A stretch of 32,000 nt of DNA from an archaeon GW2011_AR10 (lineage in GTDB: Archaea; Iainarchaeota; Iainarchaeia; Iainarchaeales; GW2011-AR10). The notes under the pieces were generated by a model. The model did not search any database. It saw only the letters and a list, made by a program, of their open reading frames with translations, and was not told where the DNA came from. The stretch is taken from positions 450,001 through 482,000 of the forward strand of contig CP010424.1 in assembly GCA_000830275.1 (NCBI GenBank), read 5' to 3'. Positions 23,336 through 31,148 of this stretch are shown here, in pieces. The translations under genes were made by a program, and so were the position numbers. The number at the start of each line of letters is the position of its first letter. The first letter of the stretch is position 1.

Positions 23336-24364
23336 ATGAGCGAGCTTGTGATTGGCGGAGCAGGCTTTATTGGAGTAAACCTTGCTGAAAGGCTCTTGCA
23401 GCATGGAAAAAAAGTGGTGGTTTTCGACAACTTTTCAAGGAAAGGAACAGACAAGAACATTGAGTGGCTGAAAAAAAATTTTCCAAGCGTAAAAGTGGTG
23501 AAAGTAGACATCAGAAAAGATTTAATGGCACTTGAAAACTCGGTGAAGGATGCGGAAAACGTTTACCACATGGCGGCGCAAGTGGCTGTAACCACTTCTG
23601 TCACCAATCCGAGAGAGGATTTTGAAATTAATGCGCTTGGAACATTTAACGTTTTGGAAGCAATGCGGAAAACCGAAAGCAATGCAATGCTGGTTTTTGC
23701 GTCAACAAACAAGGTTTACGGCGCATTAGAGCAGGTGGAAATTGAAGAGACCGCAAAAAGGTTTGACTTCAAAAAACTAAAAAAAGGAGTCAGTGAGGAA
23801 ATGCCTTTGGATTTCCACAGCCCTTACGGCTGCAGCAAAGGAGCAGCAGACCAGTATGTTAGGGATTACAACAGGATTTATGGCTTGAACACTGTTGTTA
23901 TGCGCCAAAGCTGCATTTACGGAAAAAGGCAGTTCGGCATAGAAGACCAGGGCTGGGTTGCTTGGTTCAGCATTGCAACTCTTTTGAATAAAAAAATTAC
24001 TTTATACGGCAACGGAAAACAGGTTAGGGATGTATTGGATGTGAGGGATTTGGTTGACGCGTTTGAACTGGTTGTGAAAAACAAAAAGAAAACAACTGGC
24101 GAAATATTCAATGTTGGTGGCGGCCCTGCAAACGCAATTTCTTTGCTTGAGTTCCTTGAAATTCTTGAGCATAAGCTCGGGAAAAAAATTTCTTACAAAA
24201 AAGCTGGTGAAAGGCCAGGCGACCAGCCTGTTTACATCAGCAACAACAAAAAAATAGAGAAAACGCTTGGCTGGACACCAAAAATTTCTTACAAAAAAGG
24301 AATTAATGACTTGGTTGAATGGATTACACAAAACAAGGAAACAATAAAAGAAGTATTGCAGTAA
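23336..24364 (+). CDS. NAD-dependent epimerase, CDP-paratose 2-epimerase (RfbE)-like
   Basis: GGAGFIGVNL, FDNFSRKGTDKNIEWL, DFHSPYGCSKGAADQY, GLNTVVMRQSCIYG.RQF...DQGWVAWF and GNGKQVRDVL closely follow the RfbE/tyvelose-epimerase pattern as I recall it. Confidence 0.8.
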   Translation: MSELVIGGAGFIGVNLAERLLQHGKKVVVFDNFSRKGTDKNIEWLKKNFPSVKVVKVDIRKDLMALENSVKDAENVYHMAAQVAVTTSVTNPREDFEINALGTFNVLEAMRKTESNAMLVFASTNKVYGALEQVEIEETAKRFDFKKLKKGVSEEMPLDFHSPYGCSKGAADQYVRDYNRIYGLNTVVMRQSCIYGKRQFGIEDQGWVAWFSIATLLNKKITLYGNGKQVRDVLDVRDLVDAFELVVKNKKKTTGEIFNVGGGPANAISLLEFLEILEHKLGKKISYKKAGERPGDQPVYISNNKKIEKTLGWTPKISYKKGINDLVEWITQNKETIKEVLQ

Positions 24365-24439
24365 ACCAGACGATTTAAGACAACGTGCACTTGATTTTAG
24401 AAAAAATAGGAGTATTTGAACTGCTAATAGGCAAATTAT

Positions 24440-24844
24440 TTATTTAAACGCCCTATCAATTTTTTCAAACTCTTTTTTCCTAGCCTCATAGTTTTTTTTC
24501 ATGGTGTCAAAGCTCATCAAATACCTTCTTAAGCGAGCTTCCTCCAGCAAATCCTCTCTATCATCATCAAACGCTTCCCTGATTTTCTTCATGTTCCCCC
24601 TCTTAGCTTTTTTCAGTTTCCCATCATAACGGGCAGTCAAAGAACCAATTTGTTTCCGGTAAATCGTGTCATGCTCGTAATACTCTTTCTCCTCAGCAAC
24701 CTGCCTAGCCGTCTCAAACACAGGCATACTAGATAAAGAAGGCGTATGCCATGCCCTCCAGCGCTCAACCTCCCTCAACAACTCAGGAGGGTAATTGCTT
24801 GGATAAACGGCCTGTTCTTCCTCCAACACCTTTCTTTTAGCCAT
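24440..24844 (-). CDS. Hypothetical charged alpha-helical protein, divergent from the KaiC-like gene
   Basis: ATG at 24844 (MAKRKVLEEEQ...). The ORF-track start at 24985 would overlap the KaiC-like gene and its promoter. A TATA-like catttatataat lies in the shared intergenic region. Confidence 0.5.
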   Translation of the reverse strand: MAKRKVLEEEQAVYPSNYPPELLREVERWRAWHTPSLSSMPVFETARQVAEEKEYYEHDTIYRKQIGSLTARYDGKLKKAKRGNMKKIREAFDDDREDLLEEARLRRYLMSFDTMKKNYEARKKEFEKIDRAFK

Positions 24845-24912
24845 AAAACCAACTAAATTAATGCAAATAACATTTATATAATACTTTTGCCATTCTATAA
24901 AGAGGGAACAAC

Positions 24913-25650
24913 ATGGTTTCAAGAATCCAGACATCCATCCCCGGATTAGACAAACTAATCCAAGGAGGCCTCCCAAAAAGCTCAATCACCCTAGTATCTG
25001 GCACACCAGGAACAGGAAAAAGCATTCTCTGCGCGCAAATACTCTACCACAATGCATTACAAGGAAAAAAATGCTTATACCTCAACCTAGAACAAAACGA
25101 AGGAAGACTTGAAAGCCAAATGCAGCAATTCGGCTGGAAACCCGAAAAACTAAAAAACCTCAAAATAATTGGAGTGGACAGCTCAGACCCAAACCTAGTA
25201 GAATACATCCTAAAAGAAATCCAAAAAACAAGATACGACTTAATAGTACTGGATTCGCTTGACTCAATCTCAAGCAACCCACTCACACTAGAAGAAGTAA
25301 ACCAAAAAAGCCTCCAACAAATAGCAGAATTCACAATCCCCACAATGCTTGACAGCCCAACAATAGGCAGACTAAAACTAAAAAAAATTTTCAGTGCAAT
25401 AGCAAAATCAAAAGCAACCGCACTACTAACAAGCGAAAAAGTAGAAGGAACAGAAGGATTCAGCAGAGATACTATATCAGAATTTTTATGTGATGGAATA
25501 GTACTTCTCAACTATGTTGAAATTGGGATAACTGATTACAGAAGCTTGATTGTTAGAAAATTAAGAAACAGCAACCACACAAAAGATGTGGTTCCATTCA
25601 ACATAACTAACAAAGGCATAGAAATAATAAAAAAACAAAAAAATGATTAG
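24913..25650 (+). CDS. KaiC-like / RecA-superfamily ATPase, single domain
   Basis: IPGLDKLIQGGLPKSSITLVSGTPGTGKS (Walker A) and DLIVLDSLD (Walker B). This is the typical archaeal KaiC/Rad55-like architecture. Confidence 0.85.
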   Translation: MVSRIQTSIPGLDKLIQGGLPKSSITLVSGTPGTGKSILCAQILYHNALQGKKCLYLNLEQNEGRLESQMQQFGWKPEKLKNLKIIGVDSSDPNLVEYILKEIQKTRYDLIVLDSLDSISSNPLTLEEVNQKSLQQIAEFTIPTMLDSPTIGRLKLKKIFSAIAKSKATALLTSEKVEGTEGFSRDTISEFLCDGIVLLNYVEIGITDYRSLIVRKLRNSNHTKDVVPFNITNKGIEIIKKQKND

Positions 25651-25679
25651 GAGGTGATTTTATCCCCTTCTACGACTTT

Positions 25680-26228
25680 ATGCAGAAACTAGTTTTAGCG
25701 AAACAAATTAAGTTTGATCAAGGAAAAATAGAACTTTTGAACCAAAAATTATCAATATTTCCTGTTTCTGTATTTTCAACAATAGTTGATAACAACCCAA
25801 AAGTAGTTCCGGATGTATATCAAGCAACAAAGGAATCAGCCCAAATGTTTGCTAATGAGATTAAAAAAAGACATAAATTTACTGGGCAACAATTAAAAAG
25901 TTGGTTGAAAGATATTGTGAGTTTTGCAGGATGGGGAAAAGCCGAGTTTATAATTTATGACGAAAAAAATTTTGCTTCAATTGTCAGAGTTCAACAATCA
26001 CCAGTTGCAGAAATATCAAAAAAAAAGGGATACACTGACCATGCATTGAGGGGTTTTTTTGCAGGTGGCGGCTCTGCAAGCATGGAAACAGACCTTGACT
26101 GCATTGAAATTAAATGTGTTGCAAAAGGAGATTCAATCTGTGAATTTGTTTTAGGTAAAAAACAAATTTTAAAAAAAGATCACCCAGAATTTTTCAAGTC
26201 ACAACTTTGGTGGCTTAATGAAAAATAA
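25680..26228 (+). CDS. V4R (4-vinyl reductase) domain protein
   Basis: The C-terminal HALRGFFAGGGSASMETDLDCIEIKCVAKGDSICEFVL matches the V4R Gly/Cys pattern. Confidence 0.7.
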   Translation: MQKLVLAKQIKFDQGKIELLNQKLSIFPVSVFSTIVDNNPKVVPDVYQATKESAQMFANEIKKRHKFTGQQLKSWLKDIVSFAGWGKAEFIIYDEKNFASIVRVQQSPVAEISKKKGYTDHALRGFFAGGGSASMETDLDCIEIKCVAKGDSICEFVLGKKQILKKDHPEFFKSQLWWLNEK

Positions 26229-26736
26229 AAAACAACCTCTTTCAGTTTTATTAAGCAACAATTGGTTATTTCATGACAAAAAAAAATACAATTTAATTGA
26301 AGAAAACTCAATAAACTTATTAATAGAACTTGGTTATAATGAATCAAGTTCTAAAAAAGCAGGCAAACTAATTAAAAAATTATATGAATTTGCAGACAAA
26401 ATACAAAAAATAGATTTAAACACCTATGAAAAAATGAATTCATTATGTGATAAAATAGACCATTATCTAAAAAGAAATAAAAATGCAAAAAATGAAATTA
26501 AATGGTGGAAGGCAGTTCGAGACAAAAATTATTTCTTAGCCACTTATTTTATTTTTTTAGACCAACTCTCAAAACTGGGCTGGAAAAACGCCTTTTTATC
26601 TATAAAAGCAACAAAACAGCTTTACCGTGCAGGAATTGAACATGACAAGAAAAATTGGCAAGCGGTTCAAAACCACTGCCAAGAATATTGGAAAATCATA
26701 AAACGAGCAAAAGTAGACAAATTTATTGAGTTTTAG
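26218..26736 (+). CDS. Hypothetical protein, very AT-rich, no family recognised
   Basis: 172-aa Lys/Asn-rich helical ORF that overlaps the V4R gene by 11 nt. Confidence 0.5.
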   Translation: MKNKKQPLSVLLSNNWLFHDKKKYNLIEENSINLLIELGYNESSSKKAGKLIKKLYEFADKIQKIDLNTYEKMNSLCDKIDHYLKRNKNAKNEIKWWKAVRDKNYFLATYFIFLDQLSKLGWKNAFLSIKATKQLYRAGIEHDKKNWQAVQNHCQEYWKIIKRAKVDKFIEF

Positions 26737-26799
26737 GCATATTTGCTGCTTAAACAAAACCCCTATTTATATAAACTGTAATATTATTACTGTTTTAGA

Positions 26800-27474
26800 A
26801 TGCTAAACCATGTTCTAATTATTCCTGATGGGAATAGGCGCTACGCAGAACAGAAGGACATAGATCCTAAAGTAGTATACAAGTGGATTTCGGATAACAC
26901 CACTACTGAAATAATCCGTTTTTTCTTGGTTCAAAAGAAAATCAAGGAATTAAGCATTTTTGCAATATCCAGAAACAATGTGCTGAACAGGAAAAAAGAG
27001 CACTTGCAGGACATTTATGACGCCCAAACAACTTTGTATGAGGAGTGGGCCAAAAACAAAAGCTTTGCAAAGGCAGGAATAAAATTTAATTTTATAGGCG
27101 ATTTCTCATTAATTCCAAGCGCTTACAGAAAAGCCGCTGAAAAACTGCAAAAAGAATCCATGGACAGAAAAAACCATTTATGCAATTTGCTTGTTGCCTA
27201 TGACGGCCAGCAAGAAATCATTGAAGCAGTCAAAAAAGCAAAAAATTCTTTGGTTGCAGACTCAAAACAATTCTTCAAGTTCCTGCAAATCAGAACGCCA
27301 ATTGATCTAGTGATTAGAACTGGAAAAGAAAAAAGGTTTTCAGGCTGCCCATTATACCAAACCTCTTACTCTGAATTCATTTTCGCTGATTACCATTACC
27401 CGGAACTCACAATAGAAAAACTCGAAGAAATAGTAAGGGAATATGACAACCGAAACAGAAGATTTGGCGTATAA
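26800..27474 (+). CDS. uppS: cis-Prenyltransferase (undecaprenyl/dolichyl diphosphate synthase family)
   Basis: HVLIIPDGNRRYA and DLVIRTGKEKRFSG...YSEF, with a C-terminal RNRRFG. A TATA-like ctatttatataaa lies about 30 nt upstream. Confidence 0.9.
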   Translation: MLNHVLIIPDGNRRYAEQKDIDPKVVYKWISDNTTTEIIRFFLVQKKIKELSIFAISRNNVLNRKKEHLQDIYDAQTTLYEEWAKNKSFAKAGIKFNFIGDFSLIPSAYRKAAEKLQKESMDRKNHLCNLLVAYDGQQEIIEAVKKAKNSLVADSKQFFKFLQIRTPIDLVIRTGKEKRFSGCPLYQTSYSEFIFADYHYPELTIEKLEEIVREYDNRNRRFGV

Positions 27475-27481
27475 AGCGCTC

Positions 27482-27769
27482 CTAAATCTTGCCAGAATTC
27501 TTTAACTTTAAAAGTTCGGCTTGCATTTCAATGTCTGTTAAAAAGCCCGGCACTACAACAAATTCTTTTCCATGCAATTCAAGGAAACGGATTTTCACAA
27601 AATAATCCAAAATTTCTTTTATTCCCTTTTCATTTGCTTTATTGTTAATTTTTTTAATTGAATCAATTATTTCATTCAATTTTCCTTTTTTGTGGATAAC
27701 AAAATACATGAAAACCTCTTCCTTTAGAGGGTTACCACGAAATTCCTCAAAAACTTTTCCAGCATCCAC
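27482..27769 (-). CDS. Small winged-helix-like protein, third gene of the Lrp operon
   Basis: LNEIIDSI...GIKEILDYFVKIRFLELHGKEFVVVP resembles an HTH plus wing. GTG start 6 nt after the upstream stop; alternative ATG at 27709. Confidence 0.45.
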   Translation of the reverse strand: MDAGKVFEEFRGNPLKEEVFMYFVIHKKGKLNEIIDSIKKINNKANEKGIKEILDYFVKIRFLELHGKEFVVVPGFLTDIEMQAELLKLKNSGKI

Positions 27770-27775
27770 AAAAAT

Positions 27776-28018
27776 TCACTTTTGTTTCTCTCTTTCAATT
27801 GCTTCCATTATTGCTTTGCTTACAAGCCTGTCAGCCTCAACTGCTGAAATTTGGTTAAAGTTGAGCTGGGCCCTGATATCATTAATTCGGCTCCTGAATA
27901 CTGAATCAATTTCGCTTAAGCGCTCAACAAAAAAAAATGCTTTCCTATAACGAATGTTACCTTTAGGCAAAACCATTTGGTAAGCCTGCCTGTCATACCT
28001 GTGAATTCTTCTCGGCAT
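27776..28018 (-). CDS. Small hypothetical protein, second gene of the Lrp operon
   Basis: ATG at 28018 lies 2 nt after the Lrp stop (MPRRIHRYDRQ...). Basic N-terminus and helical C-terminus. Confidence 0.45.
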   Translation of the reverse strand: MPRRIHRYDRQAYQMVLPKGNIRYRKAFFFVERLSEIDSVFRSRINDIRAQLNFNQISAVEADRLVSKAIMEAIEREKQK

Positions 28019-28020
28019 AA

Positions 28021-28488
28021 TCAATCCTCTTTCAAAGCAGAAGGATTAGAAGAAAACTTGTAAGAATGAATTGAAAGGTTTCCATGCACATCCTTTACTT
28101 CATCACGCTTCAAAAGCCCACTAATCAGCTCCTCCAATTCAGTTGGAGACTTAAACAAAGCCAAAACCAACAAATCATAGTTACCGCTCATCTTAAACAA
28201 ACCCACAACATTAGGGTTACCAACCAAGCTATCCTTAAGCCTGTCAACATCACGCATATTATGCACTTCAACCTCCAAAGCAGCAAAAACCCTGTAACCC
28301 AAAGCCTCCAAATCCAAAACAGGAGCCAACCTCAACAAAAAACCCTTCCTACGCATGGATTTAATTCTATCATAAATCGTGGAAGCAGGAATACCAACCT
28401 TCTCAGACATCTTATTATAATTCTGAATATCATGCTCCAAAAGGTAATTAAGAATCTTGTAATCCGTCAAAGAAAGCCTCTCAACCAT
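28021..28488 (-). CDS. Lrp/AsnC-family transcriptional regulator
   Basis: N-terminal HTH (LTDYKILNYLLEHDIQNYNKMSEKVGIPASTIYDRIKSMRRKG) and a C-terminal RAM/ACT-like domain (VFAALEVEV...YDLLVLALF). Confidence 0.9.
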   Translation of the reverse strand: MVERLSLTDYKILNYLLEHDIQNYNKMSEKVGIPASTIYDRIKSMRRKGFLLRLAPVLDLEALGYRVFAALEVEVHNMRDVDRLKDSLVGNPNVVGLFKMSGNYDLLVLALFKSPTELEELISGLLKRDEVKDVHGNLSIHSYKFSSNPSALKED

Positions 28489-28529
28489 GCAAGAAAAGAA
28501 AAGAACAAACTAATATAAATAATTTACGC

Positions 28530-28661
28530 AAAACACCAGAAAATACACTAAAACCGACAAAAAACACTAAAAAACCATAAAATAAACGAAAAACAACAAA
28601 ATTCTATTAACAAACATAAAATATCCGAAAAATTGGGGGTTAAGTTAAAAACAACCAAAAA
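28530..28661. promoter_or_regulatory. Phased A-tract array (predicted intrinsically curved DNA) between divergent regulator genes
   Basis: Runs of 4-6 A start at 28530, 28540, 28550, 28559, 28569, 28579, 28589, 28598, 28618, 28628, 28647 and 28657 (hand indexed). The period is about 10 bp. The plus strand here is almost free of G and T. Confidence 0.6.
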
Positions 28662-28792
28662 CACAGTGTGATAAGGGATTAGAAGACTTCCCAACCATTT
28701 ACTTGGATTTGGCGGTCACGCTGCCCCCTCAAAATTGGTTAAACCAGTTGGTTGAGCGCAGGACGTAGAAAGCAATTTAAGGCGTGAAAAAA

Positions 28793-29134
28793 ATGCTTTT
28801 AGTAGAGACAAGGAACATGGACGTTACAATAAAACTGCCGACCTTAAACCAAAAGGATAAAACAATTGCTGAAATGGTCGTGATAATGCTCATAGAAGAA
28901 TGGCCGCTCTCACCCAAAGGAATTTACAACAGAGTCATTAGAACGCAAGCAAAACCAGTATCCTTCCAAGCAGTCCACAAAGCAATCAAAAAACTCCACT
29001 CAGAAAACATTCTCACAAAAAAAGAAAAATACTACAAACTCAACCCAGAATGGCTCAAACAAATAACCAGCTTCGGAAACCAAGTAGCAAAAGATTATGA
29101 GGAAAACGAAGTGAACCTAAAAGACCTCCCATAA
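28793..29134 (+). CDS. Winged-helix DNA-binding protein
   Basis: LSPKGIYNRVIRTQAKPVSFQAVHKAIKKLHSENILTKKEKYYKLN resembles an HTH plus a beta-wing. The start is uncertain among GTG 28784, ATG 28793 and ATG 28817. Confidence 0.55.
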   Translation: MLLVETRNMDVTIKLPTLNQKDKTIAEMVVIMLIEEWPLSPKGIYNRVIRTQAKPVSFQAVHKAIKKLHSENILTKKEKYYKLNPEWLKQITSFGNQVAKDYEENEVNLKDLP

Positions 29135-29324
29135 AAAAAATCAACTTTTTAGTTGAACTCAAATCAACCAAAGCATTATTAAAGCTCGCCCCCTAATCAT
29201 TTTCATTTATTTAAAGTTCGAACCCACATTTTTACAAAGGGACTTTAAAGAAATTGCGGGGATTTAAATCAAGCCTAGCAAGATTGTCTTAGGATTCGTT
29301 GGCTTTTGCGCTATTGCAGCAACA

Positions 29325-29999
29325 ATGCTTTTAGGGCTACTGCTAATCAAAAGTAGTTATTCGCAGTCTCTGCTGGAAATATTTTTAGTGTTATCAATTA
29401 TCATCTTGGTTCTGGTAAACACTCTCTCCCATAAAAGCACAAAAAAAGCCAAGAACCAAAAAAAAGCATACCCAGTTTTTTCACTGAAACAAATTTTTGC
29501 AAATAAATTTGCGTTAGGCCTAGCTCTAACAATAACCTTAATACTAATCGCGCTTTTCTTCCCCCTTCAAGGCATTTCCTCTATTGTGAAAAACAATTCG
29601 TTTGAAATAACACAGTTCTCGACAAGCATAACAGAACAGCCCCTAACAAAAGAAATCCAAAGAATGATAACCGAATCAATTTCTGACATCACAGGAGACC
29701 AAAAAAGTCCTCCACCAACACCAAAAAACAGCAACGAAACAAACCAAGCATTCCCCTCGGATTCAACAGATACTAACCCAGCACCATACCCTATTGGAGT
29801 GCCTGATGCAGTGCTTGATGACGTCGTTGATAGTCATGGATTTACACCTGACTGGGCAGACACGCCAGAGTATAGTCCAGTATTGGTGCCAACTGCAGAA
29901 GGTATTTTTGGCTTACTTGTTTTACTTATTGGAGCCGCTGTCCCAGTTTTCTGCATACTAGTAAGCAAAGGGACTGTAACTTGTCCAGTGGTAGCGTGA
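29325..29999 (+). CDS. Hypothetical membrane protein with a Pro/Thr/Asn-rich linker and C-terminal TM
   Basis: Two N-terminal hydrophobic helices, the linker QKSPPPTPKNSNETNQAFPSDSTDTNPAPYP, and the C-terminal helix IFGLLVLLIGAAVPVFCILV. Confidence 0.55.
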   Translation: MLLGLLLIKSSYSQSLLEIFLVLSIIILVLVNTLSHKSTKKAKNQKKAYPVFSLKQIFANKFALGLALTITLILIALFFPLQGISSIVKNNSFEITQFSTSITEQPLTKEIQRMITESISDITGDQKSPPPTPKNSNETNQAFPSDSTDTNPAPYPIGVPDAVLDDVVDSHGFTPDWADTPEYSPVLVPTAEGIFGLLVLLIGAAVPVFCILVSKGTVTCPVVA

Positions 30000-30003
30000 T
30001 TGT

Positions 30004-30408
30004 TTGAAAAACGGAAAAATAATTTGGGAAAAGATGATGGACTTTGCTTTAGAGAATGGATTTGATTTCTTCAGGCTAATTTATTTTGACAAAAAAGAAT
30101 TAGATAAAACGCTTTGGAAGTTTAAGGAGGAGGAAAAGAAAAGTAACTGGAAATGGTTCCTTGGCGGAAAGGATGGGTTTTGGTATATCGAAGGAAAACT
30201 AACAGAAGAATCTGAAAAAGCATTGAAAGAAATGAAATGGAATGGATTCGGGTTTGTCAGAATTTATGTTTTTGACAAACAAAAAACCAAGCATATTCGA
30301 TTAAACGCTGATAACTACATTTTTTTCAAAACACCCAACAAAAAAGAACAAAGCCTATTAAATGAAATCCTGAAACCACTGGGAAGCTCAAAACAATTAA
30401 GTTTTTAA
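30004..30408 (+). CDS. Hypothetical Trp/Phe-rich soluble protein
   Basis: ORF begins 4 nt after the upstream stop. The start is TTG 30004 or ATG 30034 (MMDFALENGF...). No family recognised. Confidence 0.45.
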   Translation: MKNGKIIWEKMMDFALENGFDFFRLIYFDKKELDKTLWKFKEEEKKSNWKWFLGGKDGFWYIEGKLTEESEKALKEMKWNGFGFVRIYVFDKQKTKHIRLNADNYIFFKTPNKKEQSLLNEILKPLGSSKQLSF

Positions 30409-30413
30409 AATTA

Positions 30414-31148
30414 TTAACTGAATTTTTTCCTGAAAAATGCCACACAAGCAACAAAGCTTAATACTGTTACGAAAAATAATATCAGCAAACTGTACAATGG
30501 ATCAAACTCATAATAAAGCCCCAACGAAAACCTCAACAAATCAAAAGTATACGTTAAGGGGTTCAACAATACAATTTGCTTTAAAATCAGGGGCATTTCC
30601 TTTAAAGGCAAAAAAGCATTTGAAACCACTATTAGTGGAAAACTTGCTAACGCAACAATTGACTGGAATGAAACAGACCTCTCAATAACCAAAGCAATGA
30701 TTAAAGAAGTGCAACCCAAATAAAAAGCTGTCAATGCAATTGAAGCCAGTCCAAACAACAAATTAAAATTTAGCTCCGGGCCAACAAAACCCAGCAACGA
30801 AGAAGCTATTAATAAAATAATTGGAAAAATTACGATCATCATAGCAGAAAACAAAATACGGCCCAAAATGATTTCAGTGTTAGAAATCGGGGCTGCCAAA
30901 ATTTCCTTGAAAGTCCCGAATTCCTTTTCAGTAACAAGCGTTAGACCAGCTGAGAAAGCAGGCAAATAAGCGCCAAGAACAATAAAGGTACTAATCAAAT
31001 AAAGGGTTGTAGAAGGCGAAACACTGTAAAAAAACAGGTAAAGAAAAACAATAAGCAATAAAGGAGTTAACACAAACGAAGCAAGCACCGCTTTAGCCCT
31101 GAACAACCTAATCAAATCGGAATAAATTATTGCAAATACTGCTCTCAT
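30414..31148 (-). CDS. ABC-2 type transporter permease
   Basis: Six hydrophobic segments. The ATG overlaps the stop of the upstream ATPase gene (ATGA), the typical ABC-2 exporter pairing. Confidence 0.8.
   Translation of the reverse strand: MRAVFAIIYSDLIRLFRAKAVLASFVLTPLLLIVFLYLFFYSVSPSTTLYLISTFIVLGAYLPAFSAGLTLVTEKEFGTFKEILAAPISNTEIILGRILFSAMMIVIFPIILLIASSLLGFVGPELNFNLLFGLASIALTAFYLGCTSLIIALVIERSVSFQSIVALASFPLIVVSNAFLPLKEMPLILKQIVLLNPLTYTFDLLRFSLGLYYEFDPLYSLLILFFVTVLSFVACVAFFRKKFS

Noticed and set aside
25650-25657. The strong GGAGGTGA box after the KaiC-like stop as the ribosome-binding site for an earlier V4R start.
   Set aside because: The in-frame codons between the box and ATG 25680 contain no ATG, GTG or TTG (gga ggt gat ttt atc ccc ttc tac gac ttt). 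ATG 25680 is therefore kept, and the box is only noted.
29210-29235. tRNA-like fragments: gttcgaaccc (about 29216-29226) and cagttggttgagcgc (about 28744-28758).
   Set aside because: I could not build flanking acceptor, D, anticodon or T stems on either strand. I found no complete cloverleaf anywhere in the window.
29283-29324. An in-frame hydrophobic extension (IVLGFVGFCAIAAT) upstream of ATG 29325, suggesting an earlier start for the membrane protein.
   Set aside because: Only ATT and ATC codons are available upstream before the in-frame TAA at 29265. No canonical start exists, so it is kept as a possibility only.
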